Below are positions 13,228 to 26,639 of a stretch of DNA of 64,000 bases, one piece after another. How positions within the stretch are numbered: position 1 is the first letter of the stretch; each line of letters starts with the position of its first letter. The translations under genes were made by a program, and so were the position numbers. The stretch covers positions 317,998,001-318,062,000 of the forward strand of contig OZ024742.1 in the NCBI GenBank assembly GCA_964016885.1, in the 5' to 3' direction. Source of the stretch: Eledone cirrhosa (lineage: Eukaryota). The notes beneath the pieces are model-generated. The model saw only the letters and a program-made list of their open reading frames with translations, did not search any database and had not been told where the DNA came from.

Positions 13228-13258
<31 letters not shown>

Positions 13259-13435
13259 GTATATATGTATATATATGTGCATATATATGTGTGTGTGTGT
13301 ATATATATGTATATATATGTGCATATATATATGTGTATACATATATGTATATATATATGTGTGTATATATAAATGTATATATATATGTATATATATATAT
13401 GTGTGTGTGTGTGTATGTGTATATATATATATATA

Positions 13436-13817
13436 TAATATAAGATCAAAAGATGGTTAAAAGAGTTCCAAGTATTTTATTATGCGCATTTCAAAAACAA
13501 ATATCATCATGGGATGATATCTACGTTTTCATCAGATAAAATAGGGATACATGATATGAAGGTTAAAAAACACTTGTGAATAGTGAAGTTTTAAATCAAC
13601 ATATGAAAAATAATTTAAGATTGATGTGTGATATTATTATTATTTTTCATATGTTGATTTAAAACTTCACTATTCACAAGTGTTTTTTAACCTTCATATC
13701 ATGTATCCCTATTTTATCTGATGAAAACGCAGATATCATCTCGTGATGATATTTGTTTTTGAAATGCGCATAATAAAATACTTGGAACTCTTTTAACCAT
13801 CTTTTGATCTTATATTA
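13436..13817. mobile_element. Fold-back palindrome, HHR family E, flanked by (TA)n
   Basis: About 180-bp inverted arms with few mismatches and a spacer of about 24 bp; the right arm continues about 90 bp to (TA)n. Confidence 0.88.
13711..13779 (+). ncRNA. Hammerhead ribozyme (family E); antisense twin in the left arm
   Basis: Stem I attttat/ataaaat; CTGATGA 13718-13724; long stem II cagatatcatc-tcgt-gatgatatttg; GAAA-tgcgca-TA. Confidence 0.88.
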
Positions 13818-13904
13818 TTTATACTCCAGTCCTACAAACTGTAGAGTGCTACTTATCCGATATTTGCATTGCTTTATTGTGCTACAATAAAACTCACCTC
13901 CTAC

Positions 13905-13950
<46 letters not shown>

Positions 13951-15352
13951 TAAAAAGGACGAAATGTTATGTCTTCTTTACGTTTTTGAGGTATGACGCG
14001 CATTTGGCGATTGATCAGCTCAAGGTTTGATCTGTATCGATCTGACCGACCCGACTCTGGAATCAAAAGCTCATCGGATTTCATCGTCATTGTCATCATC
14101 ATCATTGTCATATTGATTGATATTTAGTGGTTATAAATGTGGTAGTATCAAATGTTGCTCCATTCAGCTTTGACAAGGAGAAAATGAAAATGAAGGTGAT
14201 AGAGGATGGATTGCAAGTTGTGGGGATTAAAGATTTGTGATTTGAAGCTGGAGCTAGCATCATTGTATTAGCTGGTATGATAAGATAAGCTACGAACAAG
14301 CAGTTTCAGAAAAACCTCGTCGCTAACGGACATCAGTTGCATTCACAACTGTCATCTGTTCACTATTCTTTGTCCACCGTGAATGTTTGTAATCATGAAC
14401 ATCTACAGATCCAAAACGATGAACACACCTATGTGATGTGATGAAGTGTGTATTATTCAGCGGCAAAGAGCGGCGGTAACAGTGATCAAACTTCACCCAT
14501 GCACACGCAAATTATACAAGCACTCATACATATGTGCAAACTCGCATACATATACACATATATACTGTGTATGAAAGTGCAACAGAAATAACAGCAGCGA
14601 AATGAGAGATGGTGTGTAACATGTAGAAGTCAAAGCCATTGCCTGACTGACAACTATATAGAAAGGCGATCACTTGGAACACTAATTATAACATTTCATT
14701 GTAGTAAGTAAAAGTATAAATAGTCTGACGTCTTTAAACACTAGACCTTCTCGAGTTTGGTTTGGTTTCCTATTTTCTATCGAAAGAACTGATCGAAATC
14801 TTTGCAAATTCCCCTCACGAGGATTAAATTTCGCCACCAACTGATAAGACATAATAAAAAGAAATTTCTTATATAAAAAATAAAATGAAATGGAATGAAC
14901 AAAACAAAAACGAAAAAGGAATCCAGATTTGAATATTTCACATACTGTAGGCGAATTATTAATGTATATATATGGATATATTATCAATGTATATAAATAT
15001 GCATATATATATATATATATATATGCATATATATATATATATATATGCATATATATATATATATATGCATATATATATATTATATATATGCATATATATG
15101 CATATATATATGCATATATATGCATATATATATATGTGTGTGTGTGTATGTATATATATATGTGTGTGTGTGTGTGTATGTGTATATATATTTGTGTGTA
15201 CGTGTCTGTGCGTATCGAACTTGGCACATTATATTCTATTTGTAGAGCTGTATAGTACTGATTCATATTTTATAAACCTCTCATGCATGCTTTCCATCTA
15301 CACTTACACACTCCCACTGTCTTGTATATGTGTGTGTGTATACATATATATA

Positions 15353-15428
<76 letters not shown>

Positions 15429-15430
15429 TG

Positions 15431-15471
<41 letters not shown>

Positions 15472-15480
15472 TATTATATA

Positions 15481-15672
15481 AGGGCGATGGATTGGCAGTA
15501 TCGGTAGAGAGTCGGACGCCATGCTTTGAAGCATAGAGTTACGTCCCTTTATGATCTGATTTCAAATCCCGCCGAGGTTAACTTTGCCTTTCATCCTTAC
15601 GGGGGTCGATAAAATAAAGTACCAGTAATGTACTGGTGAATTGCTGGCCTTGTGCCTAAAATAGAAACAATT
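15481..15672 (+). mobile_element. Nin/Deu-type tRNA SINE, full length
   Basis: Same head, B box and central domain as the other copies. Confidence 0.8.
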
Positions 15673-15948
15673 ATTATATAATATATATACATATATGTAT
15701 ATATATCTATATATATATATATATATAAACACAAATATATATGTAAATGTACATATGTTTATATATATATATGTGTGTGTGTATATATATATATATATAT
15801 ACATGTGTGTGTAGATATACATATATATATATATATACATAAATACATATATGTATATATGTATATATACATATACATAAATATATATATATATATATAT
15901 ATATGTATTATTATATATATATATATGTATATATATATATAAACATAA

Positions 15949-15985
<37 letters not shown>

Positions 15986-16035
15986 CATAGTATGTACAAG
16001 AGTGGGAAATGAAATATCGTTTCATTTTTTCCGTT

Positions 16036-16077
<42 letters not shown>

Positions 16078-16205
16078 TATATAAACACAAATATATATGT
16101 AAATGTACATATGTTTATATATATATATGTGTGTGTGTATATATATATATATATATACATGTGTGTGTATATATACATATATATATATATATATACATAA
16201 ATACA

Positions 16206-16257
<52 letters not shown>

Positions 16258-16263
16258 AATATC

Positions 16264-16295
<32 letters not shown>

Positions 16296-16314
16296 CATAT
16301 ATATATAAACATAA

Positions 16315-16351
<37 letters not shown>

Positions 16352-16370
16352 CATATATATATAAACATAA

Positions 16371-16417
<47 letters not shown>

Positions 16418-16424
<7 letters not shown>

Positions 16425-16968
16425 ATACTTTGGGAGGGTCATGTTGCCAATAAGAAACACACACACCAGTTGCTTTCACTTCAATTTATTATAATAAATT
16501 TATAAATTTAGGAATTTATAAATTTCCGGTTGGTTCCACAACCAGATGGTTGTTTATATATTGTCAAAGTTCTTTCGTCACACATTCTGTGACCTCTTCA
16601 GTGACTGGGGATTCTTTTCTTTGTTTTTGTGCCTCTCCTTTGTTCTGTCCTACGCCATCAGAAACAAGATGACGTAGGACGGAACAAAGGAGAGGCACAA
16701 AAACAAAGAAAAGAATCCCCAGTCATTGAAGAGGTCACAGAATGTGTGACGAAAGAACTTTGACAATATATAAACAACCATCTGGTTGTGGAACCAACCG
16801 GAAATTTATAAATTCCTAAATTTATAAATTTATTATAATAAATTGAAGTGAAAGCAACTGGTGCGTGTGTTTCTTATTGGCAACATGACCCTCCCAAAGT
16901 ATAACAATATCGGTTTCAACACACGTTTTCAGATAAAGAATCTTGCTAAACAAATTCAGAAACGAAAT
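16418..16968. mobile_element. Fold-back palindrome, HHR family F, inside (TA)n
   Basis: About 240-bp inverted arms (16418-16909); the + arm runs on to a 3' end and (TA)n; other copies at 24135-24450(-) and 25035-25370(-). Confidence 0.9.
16563..16605 (-). ncRNA. Hammerhead ribozyme (family F)
   Basis: Minus strand gtca-CTGAAGA-g-gtcaca-gaatg-tgtgac-GAAAGAACTT-tgac; the + twin at 16722-16764 has a C-to-T core change. Confidence 0.88.
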
Positions 16969-16979
16969 ATATATATATA

Positions 16980-17175
16980 TAGGAATTGTGGTAAGGAACC
17001 AGATGGACCATAAAGCACCAGAGTACTCAATACTTAGGGTAGTAGAGTGGGAAATAGGAAAAAGTACCACCCCGACGGCAGAGCTCAAGCCGTTTCGACG
17101 ACTATTTCTGAATTTAGTCCAGAAATAGCCGTCGAAACGGCTTGAGCTCTGCTGTCGGGGTCATACTTTTTCCTA
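16980..17175. mobile_element. Short (TA)n-flanked hairpin repeat, family G
   Basis: About 90-nt hairpin at 17070-17160; related copies at 21041-21125, 24470-24600 and 5640-5760. Confidence 0.6.
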
Positions 17176-18954
17176 TATATATATATATACAAGAAAACAT
17201 ATTTTGAGAATGTGTTTGTATGAACAGTAGTACCAGTTTACAGACTTTTTCGGGTGTATATGAGAGGCTTTACAATGTAATCATTTGTAATACCACCATT
17301 ACTCACTAGATAAATATAGGTATTATAGATATATTTATCTTTCTATAATAGAACATGTATGTATCTCCTTCGTTTGCTTCCTCTACCCTAATGAGCTATA
17401 TATACGGAAACACAGGTGCTTAGAAGTGACATTTTAATAATGATGATTATGATGATGATGATGAGATCGTGATGATGATGAGATCATGATGATGATTGTA
17501 ATAATAATAATAATGATAATAATAATATTAATAATAATGATAAACCTAAGAACAAAATAGGTTTCTAGAAACTTCTATGTTTCTTTATTCATATAAACTC
17601 TGCAAGTACTCGAAGGAAAATTTCTACAATTATAGAATTCAATCTGGTTTCCAGTTGTTGTTCTTTTTTTGTGTGTTTTTCTATATTTTTATATATATGT
17701 CATTGTTGTTGTTTTTGTTGTTGTTGTTGTTGCTGTTGCTGTTGCTGCTGCTGCTGCTGCTGCTCTGCTGTTGCTGCTGCTGCTGCTACTTTTAATCGGC
17801 AGGTATGGAACTATGAAATCGCGTACCCTTCGATTTCAATTTCAACGTGAAGAAACAGGAATTGATGACTAGTAACTAAATGAAGGCGCATGGCCCAGTG
17901 GATTGGGGGTGTGTGACACACAATTATAAGGTCATATGTTCGATTCTTTGACTGAGAAAGACATTTCAATTTACGCTGCATTTTATGATAGGACTGACAC
18001 CTAACATTAAAACCCCCAATAAACCTCTAATGAGCCATCTCAACCTGCATAGGTGTGAGCAGTAAATTTCATTTTTCATTTTAACTCAAAGGAAACGTCT
18101 GCGGATTGGCTGAGTCGTTCGAGTGCTATATAGTATGTTTTGCGTTATTTATCTCGGTTCTCTAAGATCAAATTTCGCCGCGGCCAGCTGCGCCTTAATC
18201 TTTCCGGGGTTGGCAAATAATGAACTAGGGTCGATTTTTTTTTCTTGAAATACAAAGTTGACATCGGTAAGATTTAAATTCAGAACGTATAAGGCTGTGA
18301 CCAAATATCGTAAAACCTTTTTATCCGACAGTCAACGATTCTGCCAACCCAGTATACTTTAAAAGGAAATATTAAAGACCCAATATAGTCGTATGTTTAA
18401 CACAGCATAACATAACTGCCAATCCACCACCCTAGATCAATGTAATAATAAGATGCAACTTCGGGATCCGACTCTACAGCCTAGTTGTAACTATTTCACT
18501 CTGCTATTTTGTGAAAAATATGGTTGTCACAAATTTCGTTAATTTTCCATTTTTCTTTTTTACTCTTTAGTCATGGATGGAAGAGCAATCCATGACACTT
18601 TTCAGAACCTCCAAAAGTGGAGGATGGTGGAAGGAATGCATCTTCAAACCTGATCAGATACTTATAGCAGAGTCGACTTTGCTAAAGACACCCTAATACT
18701 AGATCGTGGTGTTAAACCGAAAGACATTAATTCTATTGTATGTATGTATGTATGTATGTATGTGACAGTTGGTGCTACTGGTAACATGTATCCCAGTACA
18801 ACCTGTCTCATGGTCGGGTCGTTGGCGACTAAACTGGCAACCCCACCAAGGTTTCTTGGTGAGGAGGGTGACTGGACATACTGCAGGACTAAAAACAAAA
18901 CCTGTCAAAGGGCAAAGGAGCTCTTAAGAGTCAATGGCCATCCCGAATCACCGG

Positions 18955-19362
18955 GAGAGATGACCCCTTAGCCTTTGTCAAGACAGAATTCTAGGAGAAG
19001 GAAAACTCTGATATAACACCTGCAACCCTGATGGTATCCAATGATGTTGACTTGTTCTTCTTTTTGATAAATATCATCTTGGTTAAGAGAGTGGGACTGG
19101 CTTTGTGCAGTGCTTTTGCTCACTATAAAAGCTTCACAGCACAGGCATTGCTTTATATATGGAGATCTCTCTGCACTTGTCGTCACATGGTACCATGGGC
19201 CCAGAACTATATGTCAATAATTGTCACAAGTGTAGTGTTTGTACCAGAGTTTTCAAGTCGCTGGCTGGACTAAAATGTCACACTCGTTCAGCGCATCGGT
19301 AGGGGTTCTCCTACATGGATATAAAGTAGTGGCCGTACTCGAAAACGAGTTGGCAGCCACCA
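18955..19362. repeat. Interspersed repeat associated with (TATG)n
   Basis: Near-identical copy at 51777-52190; both abut (TATG)n. Confidence 0.8.
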
Positions 19363-19423
19363 TGTATGTATGTATGTATGTATGTATGTATGTATGTATG
19401 TATGTATGTATGTATGTATGTAT

Positions 19424-19998
19424 GACAACATTCAAAACTTATCGATCATTGAATAATGCAAATAAAACAAGACTATGCTGGCTTCGAATTGGATGTGTAC
19501 CTTTGAACTACCTTCTATCAAGAACAGGTTGTAGAGATTCACCTCTGTGTTCTTGTGGTGACTCTCCAGAAACTCTTTGGCACTATTTGTTCCAATGTAG
19601 AAACTATCAGTCTGAGAGAAAGGCCATGCTGAAACCAATCTTTAAAAAACTACCAAGATTGGTAGTTCAATAGATGGTTACAAGTCTACCAAATATAAAC
19701 AAAATATTTTAGTACATAGAAGCTACGAAAAGATCCAACAACAGAAACTTCTAGTTGTTATACAGCTTCCCTTGTTTTCTCTTTTCTTTTTCGTTTTCTT
19801 ATGCATAATCTGCCTCCCTTTGGCCTTCAGTATTTGAGTTTTTATTTTTGTTATTTTATTTTTTCTCCTTTTTTTGTGACTTGTCTCACTAGCTCTTTTT
19901 GATTGCCAACTGTAAGGAGTACTCGATACTTCTCCTAGTCTGTTGTGGCTTACTAGCTCTATACGGACGTTTAAATTGAATAAATAAATAAATAAATC
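19424..19998 (+). mobile_element. LINE 3' fragment with C-terminal CCHC motif
   Basis: LRIGCVPLN..SPLCSCGDSPETLWHYLFQCRNY; (TAAA)n tail; flanked by (TATG)n. Confidence 0.7.
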
Positions 19999-20998
19999 TG
20001 TATGTATGTATGGACCCATAACTCCTAACGGAGTCGTTTAAGTCATTACATGTGACATTTTGGTGGCCTATTTAAACCTGTGTGGGGCCATCCCCTCTCC
20101 AGGTCTGATCGCAGTGGATTTCTTCCTGAGAAGGAAATACGAGAGGAAAGGAGAAAGAGATACAGAGGAAGAATCAAGACTTGTACTGGACAGATACTTT
20201 ATAAACCTCGAAATAATGAAAGATAAAGTTGACTTCGGCAGATTTTGAACTCAGAGTGTAGAGAGACGGAGCGAATCCTACTTTCTAACTACTATCAATT
20301 CATCACCTCTGATTAACTCTCTTATTTATCTGAGATCAATGGTAATTATCAGCCAACAGATGAGAGCTCCGATCAGAAAGGTTAAGTTTTTGGCTACATT
20401 TATCTCCCTTGTGCATGTGGGACTCGAAACTAATCCACGTACTCGATTCTCCAAGTGTTGGCATACTTTCACATACATTCACACTTATATTATAGATAAT
20501 TATCAGCGCTCAGAATACACCAACGGCGGCGTGAGTAAATAAATTTTTAACACAGTCAAAGCACGAATAAATAAATTAAAATCTGTCTATCGATCATCAA
20601 TTCCGTAAGGAGTATTGACACTTTCAAAGGTTACACGTCAAAAAAAGCAACTACTACTTCTACTACTACTACCACTACTACTACTACTACTACTACTGCT
20701 GCTGCTACTGCTGCTGCTGCTGCTGCTGCTACTACTACTACTACTACATCGTTTCCATGAAGTTCTTGGTGAAAGTATGAATATGCTTCACTGAGATCTA
20801 ATAAGATCGAAACATGTCACTTACTTTCATTAAGTTGATTTATGGATGAGAACCATTCCAACTGCTTCGTTTTAAATAACTTAAAACGTCAAGAGTTATA
20901 GAAGTTATCTCCCTTGATTACTTCCATGACTGAGCAGCCCTAAAGGAACCTTCAGTCTTGAAATTGCGATCTAATAACTGACAACAATGCAAGAGAGA

Positions 20999-21044
<46 letters not shown>

Positions 21045-21327
21045 AGGTTCAGGGCCCCGACGGCAGAGCTCAAGCGGTTTCCACGGCTTTCTGGTCCACC
21101 TGGTTCCTTACAACACTTCCTTCGTTATATATATATATTTATATATGTGTGTGTGTGTGTGTGTAAAAGGTAAACAGAAATAACAACACAATCGGTACAG
21201 TATATGGAAGGAATATATTAGGTTAACGCTTGAAATAGCAGGAAGTGGGTCTTAACGTTTCGGATGCTAGTCCTTCGGCAGAAGAAAGAATGAGAAATAA
21301 GATAGATTGAAATATATATACATATAT

Positions 21328-21451
<124 letters not shown>

Positions 21452-21838
21452 TACTGCGGGACGACTATTTCACCCTGTGAAACTTCTTACAATTAGATGG
21501 ACGAAAAGGTCTTAGGCTGATTATCCGAAATTGTATTAACTCTGTCATCAGTTAATACTATGGCTTAAAACCCACAAAGAGTCGTATATTAATAAACCAT
21601 TAATATAAACTTATCAACGCTACGAATAATGAAGACTTGATTTGTATGGCATAAATCAATCCAGTAATTGTTAAAGAACAGCACGTATGCCATCAATTGG
21701 TTCTATGATGTTGAAAATTAAGATTAAATTCAAATTTATCTAATTCAAGCGCATTGATTTATATCCTACTGTAAGATACAGAATTAACTGAGTGAATAAG
21801 ATGTATTACTATTAAACAACTAGTTCTGGGTTCTAATC

Positions 21839-21965
21839 TACGAGGGTCGGCTGAAAAGTTCATAAGCTGACACTCTCATGGAATGTGATCAAATGAGGTT
21901 CATTTTTCAGCATAGTCCCCCTTGCGGTCCAAGCACTTCTTCCATCGCTGCTGCAGTGCTCGTAG
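21839..21965 (-). mobile_element. Mariner 3' end
   Basis: TA-CGAGGG terminal repeat; the minus strand encodes ALQQRWKKCLDRKGDYAEK*, a mariner transposase C-terminus. Confidence 0.8.
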
Positions 21966-22059
21966 TTCAAGCGTTATATTGCATATTTCGAAGGCACACC
22001 GTGAATATCAGTCGCGATATATTTATGTTATACCCGGAGAGAAATATATTTTAAGTCTA

Positions 22060-22403
22060 CTTATGTATGTATGGTCCCGTAACTCCTGGGGAAATCGTAG
22101 CGGCGCCGTACTGACATACGGCGTTTCTGGGGCATTTTAAGCCTGGCGGAATCCATCCCTCTCCAGGCCTGAGTACAGCAGATTCCTTCCAGAGAAAGAT
22201 AGAAAGTGAAAGAGAGGAAATGAAAAAGAGATATAGAGGAAGAATCGACCCCAGTACTAAACTGGTACTTTTTTTATCGACACCGAAAGGATGAAAGGCA
22301 AAGTTGACCTCGGCAGGATTTGAACTCAGAGAGCAGAGAGCTGGAACGAATACCACAAAACATTCTATCTGATGTTCTAACGACTCTGCCAATTCGCCGC
22401 CTA
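22060..22403 (-). mobile_element. Nin/Deu-type tRNA SINE with extended tail
   Basis: Reverse complement head GGCGGCGAATTGGCAGAGTCG, B box and central domain. Confidence 0.75.
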
Positions 22404-22877
22404 TAAGTCGACTTTACATCAAGTGTGGGTAGGCAATAGTTTTTACTAATAAAAGGAAAACATCAGTCTTAGAAGAAGGAGCCCAGCAAGCTGGAATGAC
22501 TTATTCAGCAGATATCTCTGACGTTTCTCTGCGGTAAAGCTTTCGCCATCTTCTACGTGGGATGCAGTTCAGACATGTTGTCCAGTCAGGGGTGTAGAGT
22601 TTGCTCCTCTTCATTTTTTCTTTGTTTTTTTTTCTTTTTTCTTCTCTCCCCCTTACTCCCTTTCTCTCTCTCCCTCTCTCTCTCTCTTTCTCTTTCTCCC
22701 TCTGCCTCTCTCTATCACATTCTCTATTCTCTCTCTCTTTCTCTCCCACTTTCTAACACTCTTCTTTCACTTCCTCTCTCTAACTCTCTTTCTCACTCTT
22801 TATATAAATATATATATATCTGTGTGTGTGTGTGTGTGCGTGCCCCTCTCTCTCTCTCTATCTATTTATCTATCTCT

Positions 22878-22958
<81 letters not shown>

Positions 22959-23208
22959 CCTGTCTCTAACTCTCTCCCTCTAACCTTCTTTCTCTCAAAT
23001 CATCCAAATACTGAAAATACTATTACACCACTTTACATAACGTAATCTGTATACAGATGGTAAGTGTGACTGTGTATTGATTCATCCATGTTCGTACGTA
23101 TGGTAATTTCTGCAACAAAGTAATGCATTAAATGTAAACAAGAACTAAATAAACGATGATAACTAATACGCACACGCACACACATGCATATAAACACACA
23201 CACACACG

Positions 23209-23277
<69 letters not shown>

Positions 23278-23380
23278 GGAGGGAGAGATAGAGAGAGAGA
23301 GGGGTGGGGGGTAGAACACTGAAAGGTAATATCCGTAGTGACAGAGCACTCAGTCCATGGGACGGGTTAAGTAGAAGAAG

Positions 23381-24088
23381 TGGTAACACAACAGTTAGTT
23401 CACCATACCGAGAACAATTGTTTCACCTTGTCCCCTTGTCCCCTTCAACAGCAATGCAACACACCCGCTGTAGTTTATGAAGCTGTGGTCACTTCCAACC
23501 GACCAAATGAACCACAGGAAGTCAAATCCTATGTGGGTATGGTGGAGGGCTGATTTAAGGAACGCTTCCTGAACCACCAGTCAACCTTTAGATACCCGGA
23601 CAAACGAACATCCACGAAACTCGCGAGCCACGTATGGTCCCTCAGGGACTCAAGTATAGATTACTCCATTCAATGGAAAGCCATCACTAAGCCCAAGCCA
23701 TACGCAAGGGGTAATCCGTCTTGTGGACTGTGTATTGAACGGATAAATATTCTAAAGAGATTACGCAATGGCGATTGCCTAAATTCAAGGAATCAAATCT
23801 TCACACGTTGTCCACATGTCTGGAAACACCTTTTACATAACTACAAAGCTCCGGATTGAATAACAACGACATTCTTATCAACTCGAACTACTTTTCGGAT
23901 TTTCGCAGTTATCTCCCTTACACCTTTCGCCCGTGGAATTGTATCGCTTGGGTGAAGTGACTGCTTCTACGCATGCGCGTTCATGCGGTTGTTCTTCCTG
24001 TTCCGTATAACCATGACCAGTCTCAGCTGAAGATCCGCTAAGGTGAAACAATTGTTCTCGGTATGGTGAACTAACTGTTGTGTTACCA
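23381..24088 (+). mobile_element. Penelope-like (Naiad-type) 3' fragment: GIY-YIG endonuclease, HHR and inverted 3' end
   Basis: 23430-23859 reads CPLQQQCNTPAVVYEAVV..SYVGMVEG*FKERFLNHQSTF..CGLCIER..LNSRNQIFTRCPH; about 49-bp inverted terminal duplication (23381-23429 / 24040-24088); (TA)n follows. Confidence 0.85.
24011..24068 (+). ncRNA. Minimal hammerhead ribozyme in the PLE 3' UTR
   Basis: CTGAAGA 24027-24033; short stem II; GAAAC-aatt-GTT palindromic stem III; interrupted stem I. Confidence 0.65.
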
Positions 24089-24090
24089 TT

Positions 24091-24138
<48 letters not shown>

Positions 24139-24352
24139 CGTTTCTGAATTTGTTTAGCAAGATTCTTTATCTGAAATCGTGTGTTGAAACCGATATTGTT
24201 ATACTTTGGGAGGGTCATGTTGCCAATAAGAAACACACGCACCAGTTGCTTTCACTTCAATTTAATTTAATATATATTTATAAATTTACAAATTTATAAA
24301 TTTCTGGTTGGTTGGTTGGTTCCACAACCAGATAGTTGTTTATATATATATA

Positions 24353-24395
24353 GTCATAGTTCTTTCGTCACACACTCTGTGACCTCTTCAGTGAC
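24353..24395 (-). ncRNA. Hammerhead ribozyme (family F copy)
   Basis: Intact CTGAAGA/GAAA core, stems gtca/tgac and gtcaca/tgtgac, CUA triplet. Confidence 0.85.
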
Positions 24396-24723
24396 TGGGG
24401 ATTTCTTTCTTCGTTTCTGTGCCTTTCCTTTCTTCTATCCTACGCCATTTTGTATATATATATATATATAACGAAGGAAATGTGGTAAGGAACCAGGTGG
24501 ACCATAACGCACCAAAGTACTCAATACTTAGGGTAGTAGAGTCAGAATTAGCCGTCGAAACGGCTTGAGCTCAGCCGTCGGGGTCTTACTTTTTCCCATA
24601 TATATATATATAGTTATAGCTCTGGTTTACCCAAACTATTGAGCCCTCTGCCACACATTTCGAAGATTGTGTTTCGTGATTTCGTGGGCTGTGATTTCGA
24701 TTCTCGATTATTTATTTGCATTT

Positions 24724-24768
<45 letters not shown>

Positions 24769-24964
24769 TGATAACAGTTAGTTCACCATACAAGGAAACA
24801 ATTGTTAATACCTGAAATAAAGCCCATTGTTATACAGCCAACCATGTTACACTTCAATCTTTCACTATTGGGTTGAATCGGAGGTAACCACTGATTTCTC
24901 ACGAATGAAACAGTTCTAGTCCTGTAGAAGCTCTTCTATATATATGTATATATATATGTGTGTG

Positions 24965-24995
<31 letters not shown>

Positions 24996-24998
24996 ATT

Positions 24999-25040
<42 letters not shown>

Positions 25041-25258
25041 GTTTCTGAATTTGTTTAGCAAGATTCTTTATCTAATAACGTGTGTTGAAACCGATATTGT
25101 TATACTTTCGGATGGTCATGTTGCTAATAAGAAACACACGAACCAGTTGCTTTCACTCCAATTTATTATAAATTAAATTTATAAATTTAAGAATTTAAGA
25201 AATTTGTAAATTTCCGGTTGGTTGGTTGGTTCCACAACCGGACGGTTGTTCATATATT

Positions 25259-25301
25259 GTCAAAGTTCTTTCGTCAAACATTCTGTGACCTCTTCAGTGA
25301 C
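25259..25301 (-). ncRNA. Hammerhead ribozyme (family F copy)
   Basis: Intact core; one stem II mismatch. Confidence 0.8.
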
Positions 25302-25875
25302 TGGGGATTCTTTTCTTTATTTTGTGCCTCTCCTTTGTTCTGTCCTACGCCATCTTGTTTTTATGTGTGTTCTTTGACAATATATGAACAACTACTTATA
25401 TATATATATCGTTTTCCTGTCTTCCACCGGTTGCAACGTTTTTTGAAATATTGACTTCTGCGTTCACAGATTGACTTTGTTAGTTTCAGAAGAGCCCGTT
25501 AAGGGTGAAAGCAGCGATTCTATGCTTAAACTTTAATCTGTTATTTTAATAAATATATATATATATGTATATATATAAATATATATATGTATGTATATCA
25601 ATACTCATCTTTTCCCATTTATCTGAGGGTTCTAAACCCCATTATCAGGTTAAAATTCCTTTAGTCAAAAATACGGTGAAAGCTATTCTATTTTCTAATT
25701 TCAAACCTGCTCACTGTTTCAAAACATACTTACTTGATATATATATATATATATCGTTTTTTAATTTATTTAGAGAATTGTTTGATAACCGCTTGCTCCG
25801 CTCTTTATATATAAATATATATGTGTGCCTGTGTGTATGTGTGTGTGTATGTATGTATGTATGTATGTATGTATA

Positions 25876-25908
<33 letters not shown>

Positions 25909-25948
25909 TTTTACAAATATATATATATACATATATATATATATATCT

Positions 25949-25980
<32 letters not shown>

Positions 25981-25984
<4 letters not shown>

Positions 25985-26155
25985 GAAATAGGTGAAGTTG
26001 TATATTTGGCGATATACGGTTTGTCTATAAATAAACATTTTGAAAGCTTTCAGCTATGAATTGGAAAACTAATGGCGTAGCGCCATCTAGTGTGTAAATG
26101 TTTATTTATAAACATACCGTATATCGCCAGATATACAACTTCACGTATTTCATAT
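25981..26155. repeat. Fold-back element next to (TA)n
   Basis: About 60-bp inverted arms 25981-26040 / 26096-26155. Confidence 0.7.
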
Positions 26156-26228
26156 ACAAAACTGTGGGAGTTAATGCCCCTATGTATATATAGGAAATAA
26201 ATTTCAGATATTATATATGTATTTATAT

Positions 26229-26633
26229 CTTCTTCGTCTTCTACTTCTCCCACTTATTCCTGGGAGGGTCGTGAAGGTAAAGTCTTCAAACACTAATTCC
26301 AGTGGGTCCTGTCTGAAGCAACTGTCTCCAACTGATCCGGTTGGATCCCCAAGCGAGACAAGCCAAACTCGTGGATGTTATCCAAACATCTTGCTTGGGG
26401 TCTACCCCTGAGAGTCCTTCCGGTTAATTTTTGCTAATAAAATCTATTCAGCGATTCTTTCCTGAGATATTCTAACCACATACCCGTAGTATAGGAGCTG
26501 TGATCTCACTATTCGGAGAAGTAGTAGATCTACCTGAAGTGACTCTCTGATCTCCGAGCTACGCACCCTATCACCCATTTCAGCAGCTTGTGTTCGCGAT
26601 CATATTCTTTCGGTGATTACCCAAGATTCGTGC
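26229..26633 (-). mobile_element. RTE LINE 3' fragment
   Basis: Diverged reverse complement of 26645-27060 with a short (CTT)n tail. Confidence 0.8.
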
Positions 26634-26639
26634 TAACTG

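Noticed and set aside
18571-18737. Apparent exon with a strong acceptor and a GTATGT donor
   Set aside because: Stops in all three frames; the donor is the start of a (TATG)n tract
23551-23553. In-frame TGA in the GIY-YIG as possible selenocysteine (reported for some Naiads)
   Set aside because: It is not at a conserved Cys position and no SECIS was recognised; a point mutation such as CGA to TGA is simpler
24880-24935. HHR in the repeat shared with 42260-42380
   Set aside because: A GAAA..GTC half is present but there is no CUGANGA in either copy
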